From assembly GCA_025459275.1 (NCBI GenBank), contig JALOQW010000001.1, positions 1-35,425 of the forward strand: a stretch of 35,425 bases of DNA. The letters run 5' to 3'. Below, piece after piece: positions 1-8,026 of the stretch. The notes under the pieces were generated by a model. The model saw only the letters and a program-made list of their open reading frames with translations. It made no database searches and was not told the origin of the DNA. The translations under genes were made by a program, and so were the position numbers. This DNA comes from Pirellula sp. (GTDB taxonomy: Bacteria > Planctomycetota > Planctomycetia > Pirellulales > Pirellulaceae). Position 1 is the stretch's first letter; the number at the start of each line of letters is the position of its first letter.

Positions 1-1761
1 CTCCAAGTTGGAATCGCGACACTGAGCGAACCCCTCCCCCTTGATCCTGGCGCTATCGTTGCGACCAGCAAACCCTCTCAAGATAAGATGATCGTTGTCC
101 AGCGTCGCTTGTCCGTGCACATCGTAAATGGGGTACCGAAATCCATCGTACTTGATCGAGCATTCAGAGAACGTCAACTCCAGCGACCTGGAAATCGAAT
201 CCGGTCTCTCCGCAGATCGAATGAATCGACCGCGGCGCAGCAGGACAGTACCACTCGGATGCAAGGTACTCACAAAGCGATGAAATCCGCTGGGCGATGA
301 GCCGCGCGGAGTCAGTGCTCCCAACAAGACGTCGTCGATAACGATGGGACCATCGGCTGCAATCACCAAATCCATCAACCATCGCGGCTGATGTTTCTGC
401 AATGTCAATGAACCACTCAATGTTTGCTGGCCGGCGACCGCCGTCAAACGGGGAGCCGTAATGCTCCCCGACTCGTACAGAAAATCTCCTTGAATCCTTC
501 GAACCGGATACGGAAAGAAGTCCGGATCGACTCCCCCATCCTTGGCTCTCACCAAGACCTTGGGATTCCATTCTTTCCCGTCAAACGCAATCGCAGCCGA
601 AGCGTCAACCACTCCGCTGACCCGCATGCGCCGCCAATGCTCTTGAAGATTGCTCGGCAGCGCTTCGTAAAGACGCTCGTCCAGAGGCAAGTCCTGCAAT
701 TGAACCGTGGCCACCATCGGAGAAGACGATGTCATGCCGTGACGGTCACAATTGAACTGGATCTTTGCATTCCCAGACCGCGCCGAACCGGATCGGACTT
801 GAAGCAAATCGTTCCGGCAGAACAACTCGCATGCAAGCGACTCCAAAGGATATGGCACCAACGGGTGCAAAAGCCGCCCGTTGCGTAAACTGGCTCGGGC
901 ATCGAATCGAAGTTCGCCTGACTGCATAGCGCCATCGAATGTCCCCTCGACTTCGCCAGAGAATCCCTTTAACAACTCGAGCTGGGTTCGCAGGCGACTC
1001 GGGAGCTGATCCATCATTCGACTGGAGAACTCCAAACCCGAAATCGATCCGTTGGCAATCCAATCCATACGCTCCGCATCCAGAGTCCCATGCAATTCCA
1101 CTTGCTTGAAATAGCTGCTCGCGACGCTGGCTCGAAAAACAAGATTGGATAGTGCTGCATTCGTTTGCGTGCTCGAAGGACTCAGAGAAGCCTGCAGATC
1201 ATGGCAGATGATCTCGCTGCCACCTCCACCCGTCTCGTGACCGATGCGAATCAGCCCGGAACGGATGTCGATCGATGGGAGCCTCTCCTTCAAAGGCTTC
1301 TTTCCAGTCGCAAACTCTTCAAGGTTCCAACGACCGTTCGATAAGGGCCAAAGACTCAAGTCAGCACTGTCGATCACGACACTTTCAATGGGCAACTGGC
1401 CTTGTGCCAAACCGACGAGGTCGATCGGTCCATTGCAAACGATACGGCCAATACGCGCGATGTCCCTCAACCCTTGATCGGTTGGTTTGGCAATGCGAAG
1501 CCCATCGATCGTGATCGACTGGCCCGATATCAACCTAGCCCGGTCTACGGATACATAATGATGAGGTAACTCCAACCGCAATCGCTGCACGATCTCGTTT
1601 GTCAAACGGTTATCCACATGACCGATGATATGGAAATAACCGAACAACCCCACGATCGCCAGGAGAAGCATCCACACGATGCGATATTCCCAGACACGAT
1701 CTCGCGAAGCCGCCGTGGGCGTATGCGGAATCGAGTTATTGATCGCTTGCTTTTGAACCAC
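1..1761 (-). CDS. AsmA-like (repeating beta-groove) membrane-anchored protein, partial; 3' end runs off the left edge
   Basis: Manual translation gives a stop-free minus frame from GTG 1761 (alternatives GTG 1677, ATG 1671) to position 1. It is absent from the ORF track because it has no stop in the window. One N-terminal TM (IVWMLLLAIVGLFGYFHII) precedes an amphipathic helix and beta-rich segments (SITIDGLRI, IESVVIDSADLSLWPLSNGRWNL, FPYPVRRIQG, FRYPIYDVHG) typical of AsmA-like proteins. Confidence 0.7.
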   Translation of the reverse strand, partial: MVQKQAINNSIPHTPTAASRDRVWEYRIVWMLLLAIVGLFGYFHIIGHVDNRLTNEIVQRLRLELPHHYVSVDRARLISGQSITIDGLRIAKPTDQGLRDIARIGRIVCNGPIDLVGLAQGQLPIESVVIDSADLSLWPLSNGRWNLEEFATGKKPLKERLPSIDIRSGLIRIGHETGGGGSEIICHDLQASLSPSSTQTNAALSNLVFRASVASSYFKQVELHGTLDAERMDWIANGSISGLEFSSRMMDQLPSRLRTQLELLKGFSGEVEGTFDGAMQSGELRFDARASLRNGRLLHPLVPYPLESLACELFCRNDLLQVRSGSARSGNAKIQFNCDRHGMTSSSPMVATVQLQDLPLDERLYEALPSNLQEHWRRMRVSGVVDASAAIAFDGKEWNPKVLVRAKDGGVDPDFFPYPVRRIQGDFLYESGSITAPRLTAVAGQQTLSGSLTLQKHQPRWLMDLVIAADGPIVIDDVLLGALTPRGSSPSGFHRFVSTLHPSGTVLLRRGRFIRSAERPDSISRSLELTFSECSIKYDGFRYPIYDVHGQATLDNDHLILRGFAGRNDSARIKGEGFAQCRDSNLE

Positions 1762-3100
1762 GCCTTCGAATCCATTCGAAAACCATCATCCAACCCACGG
1801 CCGCTAGCGGGCAGAGCAACAGGACTCCCGGCTGTCGATACCGCACCGATCCGATGAAAATCGCATGCAGCAACGCCAGATACAAACATGGCATCCACGC
1901 CAGCCAAGCTCCACGCTCTCGACGCATCCGCCACGCCCCTGCGATCGCTCCCACCACCAGCCCTCCATAGCCGATTCCCTCGGCCCAGCGGATCAGCGGT
2001 TGCACTTCTTGAGCCACCGGTATCGGTGACCAAGTCTTCTGCAACTTTACCAAGCTCAACCAAATAGCGTCAGATGAATTTTTGCGGGCCCAATCCCAGG
2101 CAGCCTGCCGCATCCGTCGATCAATCCGCCATTCCAACGTCGACTCCAGTGGTATCCCTTGCTTGGCTAGCATTTCATCTTCAGCGTTCTGAGCCTCGAT
2201 GAAAGGGATCACAAAGTCCATGTTCTCATCGCTGCTGCCCGAAGCTCCAGGATGCCAACCGTCGTAAAGACTGGCACCGACCTGAAGGGTCGTCGGCACG
2301 AATTTTCCTGTCACCTGGTAATTCCGAACCCACCAAGGGGCCATCGTTCCCACCGCCCCCGCGCAGAACAAAAAGATACACCAAAGCATGCATCGCCACT
2401 CAACGCGACCCTTGGGTTTGATAGCAATCAGCAAATAAGGGATGGCGATCGCAGGCCAGAGACTCCAGCTGGGGCGGGCGAGGCACGCGAGTGCCAAGGT
2501 GATGCCAGCCGAAACGAAAGCTCCAGCAGAGGAATATGCTCCAGAAGAAAAAAGTCTGTTCGAGACGAGCGGATGTCGAAGTCCCCATAGCAGAAGAGTG
2601 CATGACGCAACGTAAAGCGGGGTCGCGACGGCTTCGCTAAGGACGAATATGCTCATTGCGATGGCGCCGGGGTAGATCGATGCAAACACCCCTGCCAAGG
2701 CTGCGGTCGTCGCGTTGCCGACCATGCGCGTCATCCACATGATGCACGCAACGGCACCGGCACCGAACAGGCACCCCATGCAGCGTGCTCCCCATACGCC
2801 CCAGGGAGATGGATTGCCCGGTCCTATCCATGTCCAGGCTACCAGGGATATCGGATAGAGGGGCGCTCGAAAGATCTTCGAGTTCTCGCTTCCGAATTGA
2901 TAGGGCTCTCCTCGAGCCACGTTGCTTGCGATAATCCAATAGGAGTGGCTGTCCCCGAATCGAAACGTTTCTCCGGATCGATCGACTTGATGTTGCCAAT
3001 ACCAGGCAGCGGCCAGCCGAACAACGAATGCGAACAGAACAATGGCCCAGAAGATTCTTCGTTCGCTGCGACGGAATCGTGAATGGGATGGGTCAATCAT
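1736..3100 (-). CDS. GT-C fold integral membrane glycosyltransferase (ArnT/PMT-like, GT39/GT83-type)
   Basis: Many TM segments. The first loop carries GDSHSY and FRAPLYP, followed by LSEA, LARPS, PWWVRN and a C-terminal VRYRQP. Start placed at ATG 3100, just after the upstream stop, rather than 3268. Confidence 0.85.
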   Translation of the reverse strand: MIDPSHSRFRRSERRIFWAIVLFAFVVRLAAAWYWQHQVDRSGETFRFGDSHSYWIIASNVARGEPYQFGSENSKIFRAPLYPISLVAWTWIGPGNPSPWGVWGARCMGCLFGAGAVACIMWMTRMVGNATTAALAGVFASIYPGAIAMSIFVLSEAVATPLYVASCTLLLWGLRHPLVSNRLFSSGAYSSAGAFVSAGITLALACLARPSWSLWPAIAIPYLLIAIKPKGRVEWRCMLWCIFLFCAGAVGTMAPWWVRNYQVTGKFVPTTLQVGASLYDGWHPGASGSSDENMDFVIPFIEAQNAEDEMLAKQGIPLESTLEWRIDRRMRQAAWDWARKNSSDAIWLSLVKLQKTWSPIPVAQEVQPLIRWAEGIGYGGLVVGAIAGAWRMRRERGAWLAWMPCLYLALLHAIFIGSVRYRQPGVLLLCPLAAVGWMMVFEWIRRRGSKASDQ

Positions 3101-3105
3101 TCGCT

Positions 3106-4782
3106 TTAAGGATCGATTCGCATCACTGACACTTCCATGTTCGACATGTGCTTGGCCACCTTCAGAATATCTCCGTAGGGATTGATCGTATCCCACATCG
3201 TATCGGACCATTTGATTCGGTCGGCCGAAACCATGGGATCTCGGATGGAGGAATCCAAAGGAATCCATCGGACTCCATCGTGGAACTCGGTCCAGGCATG
3301 CAGAGACACGGCGGGCGTTCGCGCCTCGGCATCGTATCGGAGACCGATGGCGATGCGAGCGTGAATGCCATTGCTGCGACAGGTTGAAGCCAAGAGGGCA
3401 GCGTGATCAAAGCAATCGCCGCGCCCATTGGCTAACGTGGTGCGACCGTTGCTCACTTCACCATCGAAGTCGATCGTTTCAACGCGTGATTCGATTCCCT
3501 TGCGAAGGGCGTACGCGCGACGATCGATCGCATCCGCAGAGGTCAACTCTTCGACTTCCAGCGATCGTTCGGCGAGAAGCTGTATCTGCGGATGATTCGC
3601 GTCAATCAAAATCGATGAGGCCAGCGAATCCTCCGACGGAGGTGGCTCCGGCTCCAGTCCCTCGATCGCATCGACCAGTCTGGATGCAGGATAGACGATG
3701 ACTTCTAGCTTGCGAGGCTTGATCGTGGTGACGACCTGATGAGTGCGGCTCGGCAACTCCAGGTTGTAACTTGCATCGATGCTCTCCACGCGGTAGCGTT
3801 TGCGTCCGGTATCAAACGCCTCAATCTTTGGCCCAAAGACTTTGATGGGGCGACGAGGTAAAGCGTTGAGTTCCGATTGATGGACGACGACCATGGCCGA
3901 TTCCTTGTCGCATCGAAAAGATCGCAAGTCGAGGGCCGGTTCGTAGCTCTTGTGTTCACGGCCCTCTCGGTCGACCCAAATTTGCTTGCTCGACACGTCG
4001 TCCCCTGTCATGGGCGTGACTTGAATCTCAAGAAGTGTTTCCTTCTTCCCCTGAAACGTTGGGGTCTCAAAGAAGTCATAGGCAACCAACTCGACGTCGA
4101 CAGGTTTGCCGAGGACCGGATCGAAAAATTTTAACTGACGTCTTTCCCCTTCTTTCATGGGAGAGCGAATCAAGGATTGTTCGATCGCGAATGGCCCCCG
4201 ATCCGATGGAGTCCACGGGAGAGAGATAGTCGTCTCGGGGCCTAGCAAATTGGTCGTAAGCTTGAGGTTTCCATTCCGAACCGATCCCTCGATTCTGCGA
4301 GTATTGGAACCGATCGACACGGTACCTTCCAAGTTGAACAGCTCGCCGTTCTCTTTTTCGAAGGCGACGAGGTTGACCTTGAGGACCGATTCCCGCTCTT
4401 GACTTCGGAGTCGACGGAAGCTGTCGGCATAGAGGCGGAGCGTACCTTTCCCTTGGCTATCGGATGCTTCAATTCGCCGATGCAGATATCCGACAGGCTG
4501 GTTGCCCATGTACTGTATTTCCCAATGCTCATAGGGAAGCTTCGACTCAGCAATCCATTGCTTGTCGATGGGATCAACCGTCCCTTCCGGAACGGTGGGG
4601 AGTGCTTCGGAGGCCGTTTGATCCCCAGATTCCTCGGTAACTCCAGTCTCTTCGGCGACTCCAATTTCGCGGAGCATCGCCGATTTGAGCTTTTCCCGTT
4701 CTTCAGCGTTGGGTGCGCAGCCCAAAGATAGGAAGCCAACAAGGATGACTGGGAGGTAAACGTTCGTGGAAATGGACGGCAT
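3106..4782 (-). CDS. Transglutaminase-like domain lipoprotein
   Basis: Hydrophobic signal ending in lipobox-like LSLG-C. Cys-His-Asp triad motifs GDCFDHA / HAWTE / WIPLD in the C-terminal domain. Start placed at ATG 4782. Confidence 0.85.
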   Translation of the reverse strand: MPSISTNVYLPVILVGFLSLGCAPNAEEREKLKSAMLREIGVAEETGVTEESGDQTASEALPTVPEGTVDPIDKQWIAESKLPYEHWEIQYMGNQPVGYLHRRIEASDSQGKGTLRLYADSFRRLRSQERESVLKVNLVAFEKENGELFNLEGTVSIGSNTRRIEGSVRNGNLKLTTNLLGPETTISLPWTPSDRGPFAIEQSLIRSPMKEGERRQLKFFDPVLGKPVDVELVAYDFFETPTFQGKKETLLEIQVTPMTGDDVSSKQIWVDREGREHKSYEPALDLRSFRCDKESAMVVVHQSELNALPRRPIKVFGPKIEAFDTGRKRYRVESIDASYNLELPSRTHQVVTTIKPRKLEVIVYPASRLVDAIEGLEPEPPPSEDSLASSILIDANHPQIQLLAERSLEVEELTSADAIDRRAYALRKGIESRVETIDFDGEVSNGRTTLANGRGDCFDHAALLASTCRSNGIHARIAIGLRYDAEARTPAVSLHAWTEFHDGVRWIPLDSSIRDPMVSADRIKWSDTMWDTINPYGDILKVAKHMSNMEVSVMRIDP

Positions 4783-5077
4783 AGGGGGAGCCTCAAATGA
4801 ACCCTGATTCCAAGGTCGCAACGCGATTCCGTTTTACTTAGCCTAGCCATCCGGCTCTCATCCTTCGACCTTTCGCTCTTGGGATCTCGCGTGCCGAACC
4901 AGGGAAACTTGGCGCTGAACCGATTGTAACGGTTGTAGGAACGAGAAAAGCTTGGAAAAGAAGTCGGAAAAAGATTGCAAGGCGGGGGAGTGACCTAACT
5001 TTGGTTGTTCCCGAGACAAGTCGGGCACATCGTATCCCCGTTGACTTAGTTCCCGAAGATTTAGACGAGCGAATTCC

Positions 5078-5800
5078 ATGGGTTTAGTACCAGGATATCG
5101 GTCCAGCGCTTCAACCAGCAGCGATGCCACCCCACGTTCCACCCCTACCTCCAGTTTTGAATCGCTGAGCAGCGATCAGCTTGAAGCCCATATGGAGAAA
5201 TTCCGATATGGGGCTTTCGACTTGACCGATGCCGTACGGCCTTCGTTCGATCTGCAGGTCGTTCCCCGGCAAGGCTTTCGGCACGATTGTTACACCGATC
5301 CCAAGAGCGGGACGAAAATTCCGGTCATCATGGCCGCAGCTTCGAGAGAACGGTTATTCGACCTGTTCTTAGACCTGCTCGATTGCTTGGGCGTAACAGT
5401 CGACGTCGTCCTGGAAACCAGCCACTATGGCGATTCGGGTGAGCATCAGGATCTGTATCGAGAGCACATCGACATGCCGGTCCTCAAGAGCACCTTGTAT
5501 GACTTCGAGGAGTTGATCCTGAACGACGGATGCACTGGCATCGCTGTTCTGAATCCAGCAAAACAGCAGGAAATCCAGTTCGATGAACACAAAATGCTGA
5601 TTTGCTACGGATCGCCTTTGGAGGTCTTTGAGCGGATCCTCATCAAACACGACGTTTATCCCGATGAGCAAATCCGGTTCATCACCGAAGCGGAGCATGT
5701 TCACAGCAGTACCGACGTCTTTGCTCGGCAATTTGCGCAACTCCAATCCAGGCTTGGCATGGATCTCGACCAGGACGCAGACCAGGCATTCGAGTGTTAA
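5078..5800 (+). CDS. Hypothetical cytoplasmic protein, acidic and His/Asp/Glu-rich
   Basis: 240-aa ORF with natural composition and no TM; motifs VVLETSH, HID, DGC, FDEHK, EAEHVHSS. Resembles planctomycete hypotheticals from memory; function unknown. Confidence 0.8.
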   Translation: MGLVPGYRSSASTSSDATPRSTPTSSFESLSSDQLEAHMEKFRYGAFDLTDAVRPSFDLQVVPRQGFRHDCYTDPKSGTKIPVIMAAASRERLFDLFLDLLDCLGVTVDVVLETSHYGDSGEHQDLYREHIDMPVLKSTLYDFEELILNDGCTGIAVLNPAKQQEIQFDEHKMLICYGSPLEVFERILIKHDVYPDEQIRFITEAEHVHSSTDVFARQFAQLQSRLGMDLDQDADQAFEC

Positions 5801-5816
5801 TGGTTTCGGAGCAGGC

Positions 5817-5909
5817 GGAGGTGTGATACACTCTGGGCTGCTTGAGGGGAGAAAGGGTTCATTCGCTTTCGACCAGCAAGCAGCTATTGGAAATATCACG
5901 AGAACCTCC
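5817..5909. other. Long imperfect hairpin (candidate structured RNA or palindromic element)
   Basis: Four nested helices: GGAGGT 5817-22/ACCTCC 5904-09, GTGATA 5823-28/TATCAC 5894-99, GCTGCTTG 5837-44/CAAGCAGC 5877-84, GAAAG 5851-55/CTTTC 5866-70. Confidence 0.6.
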
Positions 5910-5981
5910 AGCGCGCCACCTCTCGACCGAGAGAAGTTTAGGAGCGATTGTCGGTTCGGCCAATTGCTTGATCGCTATCGC

Positions 5982-6302
5982 ATGATTCTCTTTGTGCCCT
6001 CCTTAATCCTCGCATTGATCGTCCTAGGCTGGATTGCCTGGATCGCGTTCGGGCCTCGCTCGACCGCGCAGCCGCCGATCCAACTCTTGTCGAGCTTTGC
6101 TAGCAGCGTCCCGCAGGACGATGCGGAACCCAAGGGGGTAGCCGACTCCGACCCGACGTCGGACTCCGACTACGAACGGCACGTCCGAAATCGAATTGAG
6201 TCTCACCAACTCCCTTTGGGAACGATGGCCGGAGGAACGGTTCCGTTCGGCTCTCGGTCAACCCAACGCGAGTCCGATTTGGAGAATGGCTCCTCGAGAT
6301 GA
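5982..6302 (+). CDS. Small single-pass membrane protein, hypothetical (~106 aa)
   Basis: ATG 5982 opens a strongly hydrophobic segment (MILFVPSLILALIVLGWIAWIAFG) followed by a low-complexity acidic tail. It is the 3' part of track ORF 5628..6302. Confidence 0.55.
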   Translation: MILFVPSLILALIVLGWIAWIAFGPRSTAQPPIQLLSSFASSVPQDDAEPKGVADSDPTSDSDYERHVRNRIESHQLPLGTMAGGTVPFGSRSTQRESDLENGSSR

Positions 6303-6397
6303 TCTCGAGAGTCTACTGCGAACACGTCAAGTGATATGGTTCGAGCGTCGACACGTTGCGAAACGGCTGCGTTTTGACAATAGAAAGATCCTTGACC

Positions 6398-8026
6398 GTG
6401 TTCGAACCATGTTGGTACCCCCTTGTCGGCCCTCTGGCTCAATCTGTCGGCCCTCTGGCTCAATCCACCCCCTCGGAATCGTTCCAAGGCTGGATCATTC
6501 CCTCGATCGTCGGACTGGTGCTCGGCGCCGTGGTCATGGCCGTCGTCAATCGTCTCATGGGCATCGACGCCAAGCGCCAGTCCGCTCGGCTTCTCGAACA
6601 GACGAAACTCGAAGCCGACAATCTCATCAAGACGGCAGAGCTGGAAAAGAAGGAAAAGCTGCTGCAGCTCCAATCCAAATTCGACTCGGACCTCGCAGGG
6701 CAACGCGAGGAGCTTCGTAAACGGGAATCCCAAATCGAACGCAAGGAGCAAATGCTCAAGCAGTCCGGCGATGACCTGAAGAATAAGGAAAAGCTGGTCG
6801 AAAGCACTCAGCGCAAGATGGCGGAAAAACTCGAGGACGCCAACCGGAAATCGCAACAGTACGACAAACTCATCTCGCAAGTGCAGAACGACTTGCAGCG
6901 AGTTACCGGCCTTTCCAAAGACGATGCGCGCCAACAATTGCTGGGCCTTATGGAAAAAGAGCTGCAGGGTGAACTGGGCCAGGTCATCCTGCGACATGAA
7001 AAGAAAGTCTCGGAAAGCGCTCAACAGAAGGCTCAAGACATTCTCTTGACCGCCATGCAACGCTACGCCTCCTCGCAAACTTCGGAAAGTACAACGAGCA
7101 GCATCGACATTCCAAACGACGACATGAAAGGTCGAATCATCGGACGTGAAGGTCGCAACATCCGCGCGTTCGAAAAAGCGTCCGGATGCGATTTGATCAT
7201 CGACGACACCCCGGGTGTGGTCATCGTGAGCGGATTCGATCCCGTTCGCCGAGAAATCGCCCGCCAATCCATGGCAAAACTAGTCACCGATGGTCGCATC
7301 CATCCAACCCGTATCGAAGAGATTATCGCGGCAACCGAAAAGGAAATGGCCAGCTTCATTCGTCGCAAGGGGGAAGAAGCTGCTCAAGAAGTCAATTTGC
7401 AAGGCTTGAATGAACGGGTCATCGAGATGCTCGGCCGACTCCATTTCCGAACAAGCTATTCGCAAAACGTGTTGCGCCACAGCGTCGAGGTCGCATTCCT
7501 TTCAGGTCTTATGGCCGAAATGGTCGGACTCAACGCCAATCTCGCGCGGCGATGCGGATTGCTCCACGACATCGGCAAAGCCGCCGACCATGAATTGGAA
7601 GGAGGCCATCCCAAGATCGGCGCCGACTTGCTCAAACGGAGCGGCGAAAACGAACATGTGGTCCATGCAGCCCTAGGCCATCACGATCAACTCACCACCG
7701 AGTTCCCCTACACCCTGTTGGTTGCCACCGCCGATGCTTGCAGCGCGTCGCGACCGGGAGCACGCAGAGAGTCCCTCGAGCGATACATCAAACGCATGGA
7801 AGAACTGGAAGGGATCGCTAAAGGGTTCCAGGGTGTCGAACAAGCCTTCGCCATCCAGGCCGGGCGTGAACTGCGTGTCATTGTCGGTTCCAAGGATACC
7901 GACGACGCTGTTGCAGCCAAGATTTGCCGCGATATCGCCAAAGCCTTCGAGGAGCAGCTGACCTATCCTGGCGAAATCAAAGTTACCGTGGTCCGCGAGT
8001 CCCGGTTTGTCGAAATCGCTCGTTGA
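6398..8026 (+). CDS. rny: Ribonuclease Y
   Basis: N-terminal TM, long coiled coil, KH motif ([14 protein letters not shown]), HD domain ([12 protein letters not shown]...LLHDIGKA...[12 protein letters not shown]) and C-terminal [15 protein letters not shown] 6398 with upstream AGAAAG is the likely start (track start 6356). Confidence 0.96.
   Translation: MFEPCWYPLVGPLAQSVGPLAQSTPSESFQGWIIPSIVGLVLGAVVMAVVNRLMGIDAKRQSARLLEQTKLEADNLIKTAELEKKEKLLQLQSKFDSDLAGQREELRKRESQIERKEQMLKQSGDDLKNKEKLVESTQRKMAEKLEDANRKSQQYDKLISQVQNDLQRVTGLSKDDARQQLLGLMEKELQGELGQVILRHEKKVSESAQQKAQDILLTAMQRYASSQTSESTTSSIDIPNDDMKGRIIGREGRNIRAFEKASGCDLIIDDTPGVVIVSGFDPVRREIARQSMAKLVTDGRIHPTRIEEIIAATEKEMASFIRRKGEEAAQEVNLQGLNERVIEMLGRLHFRTSYSQNVLRHSVEVAFLSGLMAEMVGLNANLARRCGLLHDIGKAADHELEGGHPKIGADLLKRSGENEHVVHAALGHHDQLTTEFPYTLLVATADACSASRPGARRESLERYIKRMEELEGIAKGFQGVEQAFAIQAGRELRVIVGSKDTDDAVAAKICRDIAKAFEEQLTYPGEIKVTVVRESRFVEIAR
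6424..6465 (+). repeat. Perfect 21-bp tandem duplication in the 5' end of rny
   Basis: TGTCGGCCCTCTGGCTCAATC at 6424-6444 and 6445-6465; in frame, encoding VGPLAQS twice. Confidence 0.95.

Noticed and set aside
5817-5909. Firm call as 6S RNA or SRP RNA
   Set aside because: Lacks the SRP CAGG-GNRA-AGCA helix 8; GGTTCA lies in the terminal loop with no TGAACC partner; the rod is about half the length of 6S. Kept only as an unassigned structure.
6293-6309. CTCGAGAT-G-ATCTCGAG palindrome at the small ORF stop
   Set aside because: Built from TCGA/GATC words that are abundant throughout this window; likely chance.
6203-7267. 354-aa minus-strand ORF
   Set aside because: Antisense shadow of rny; no independent motifs.
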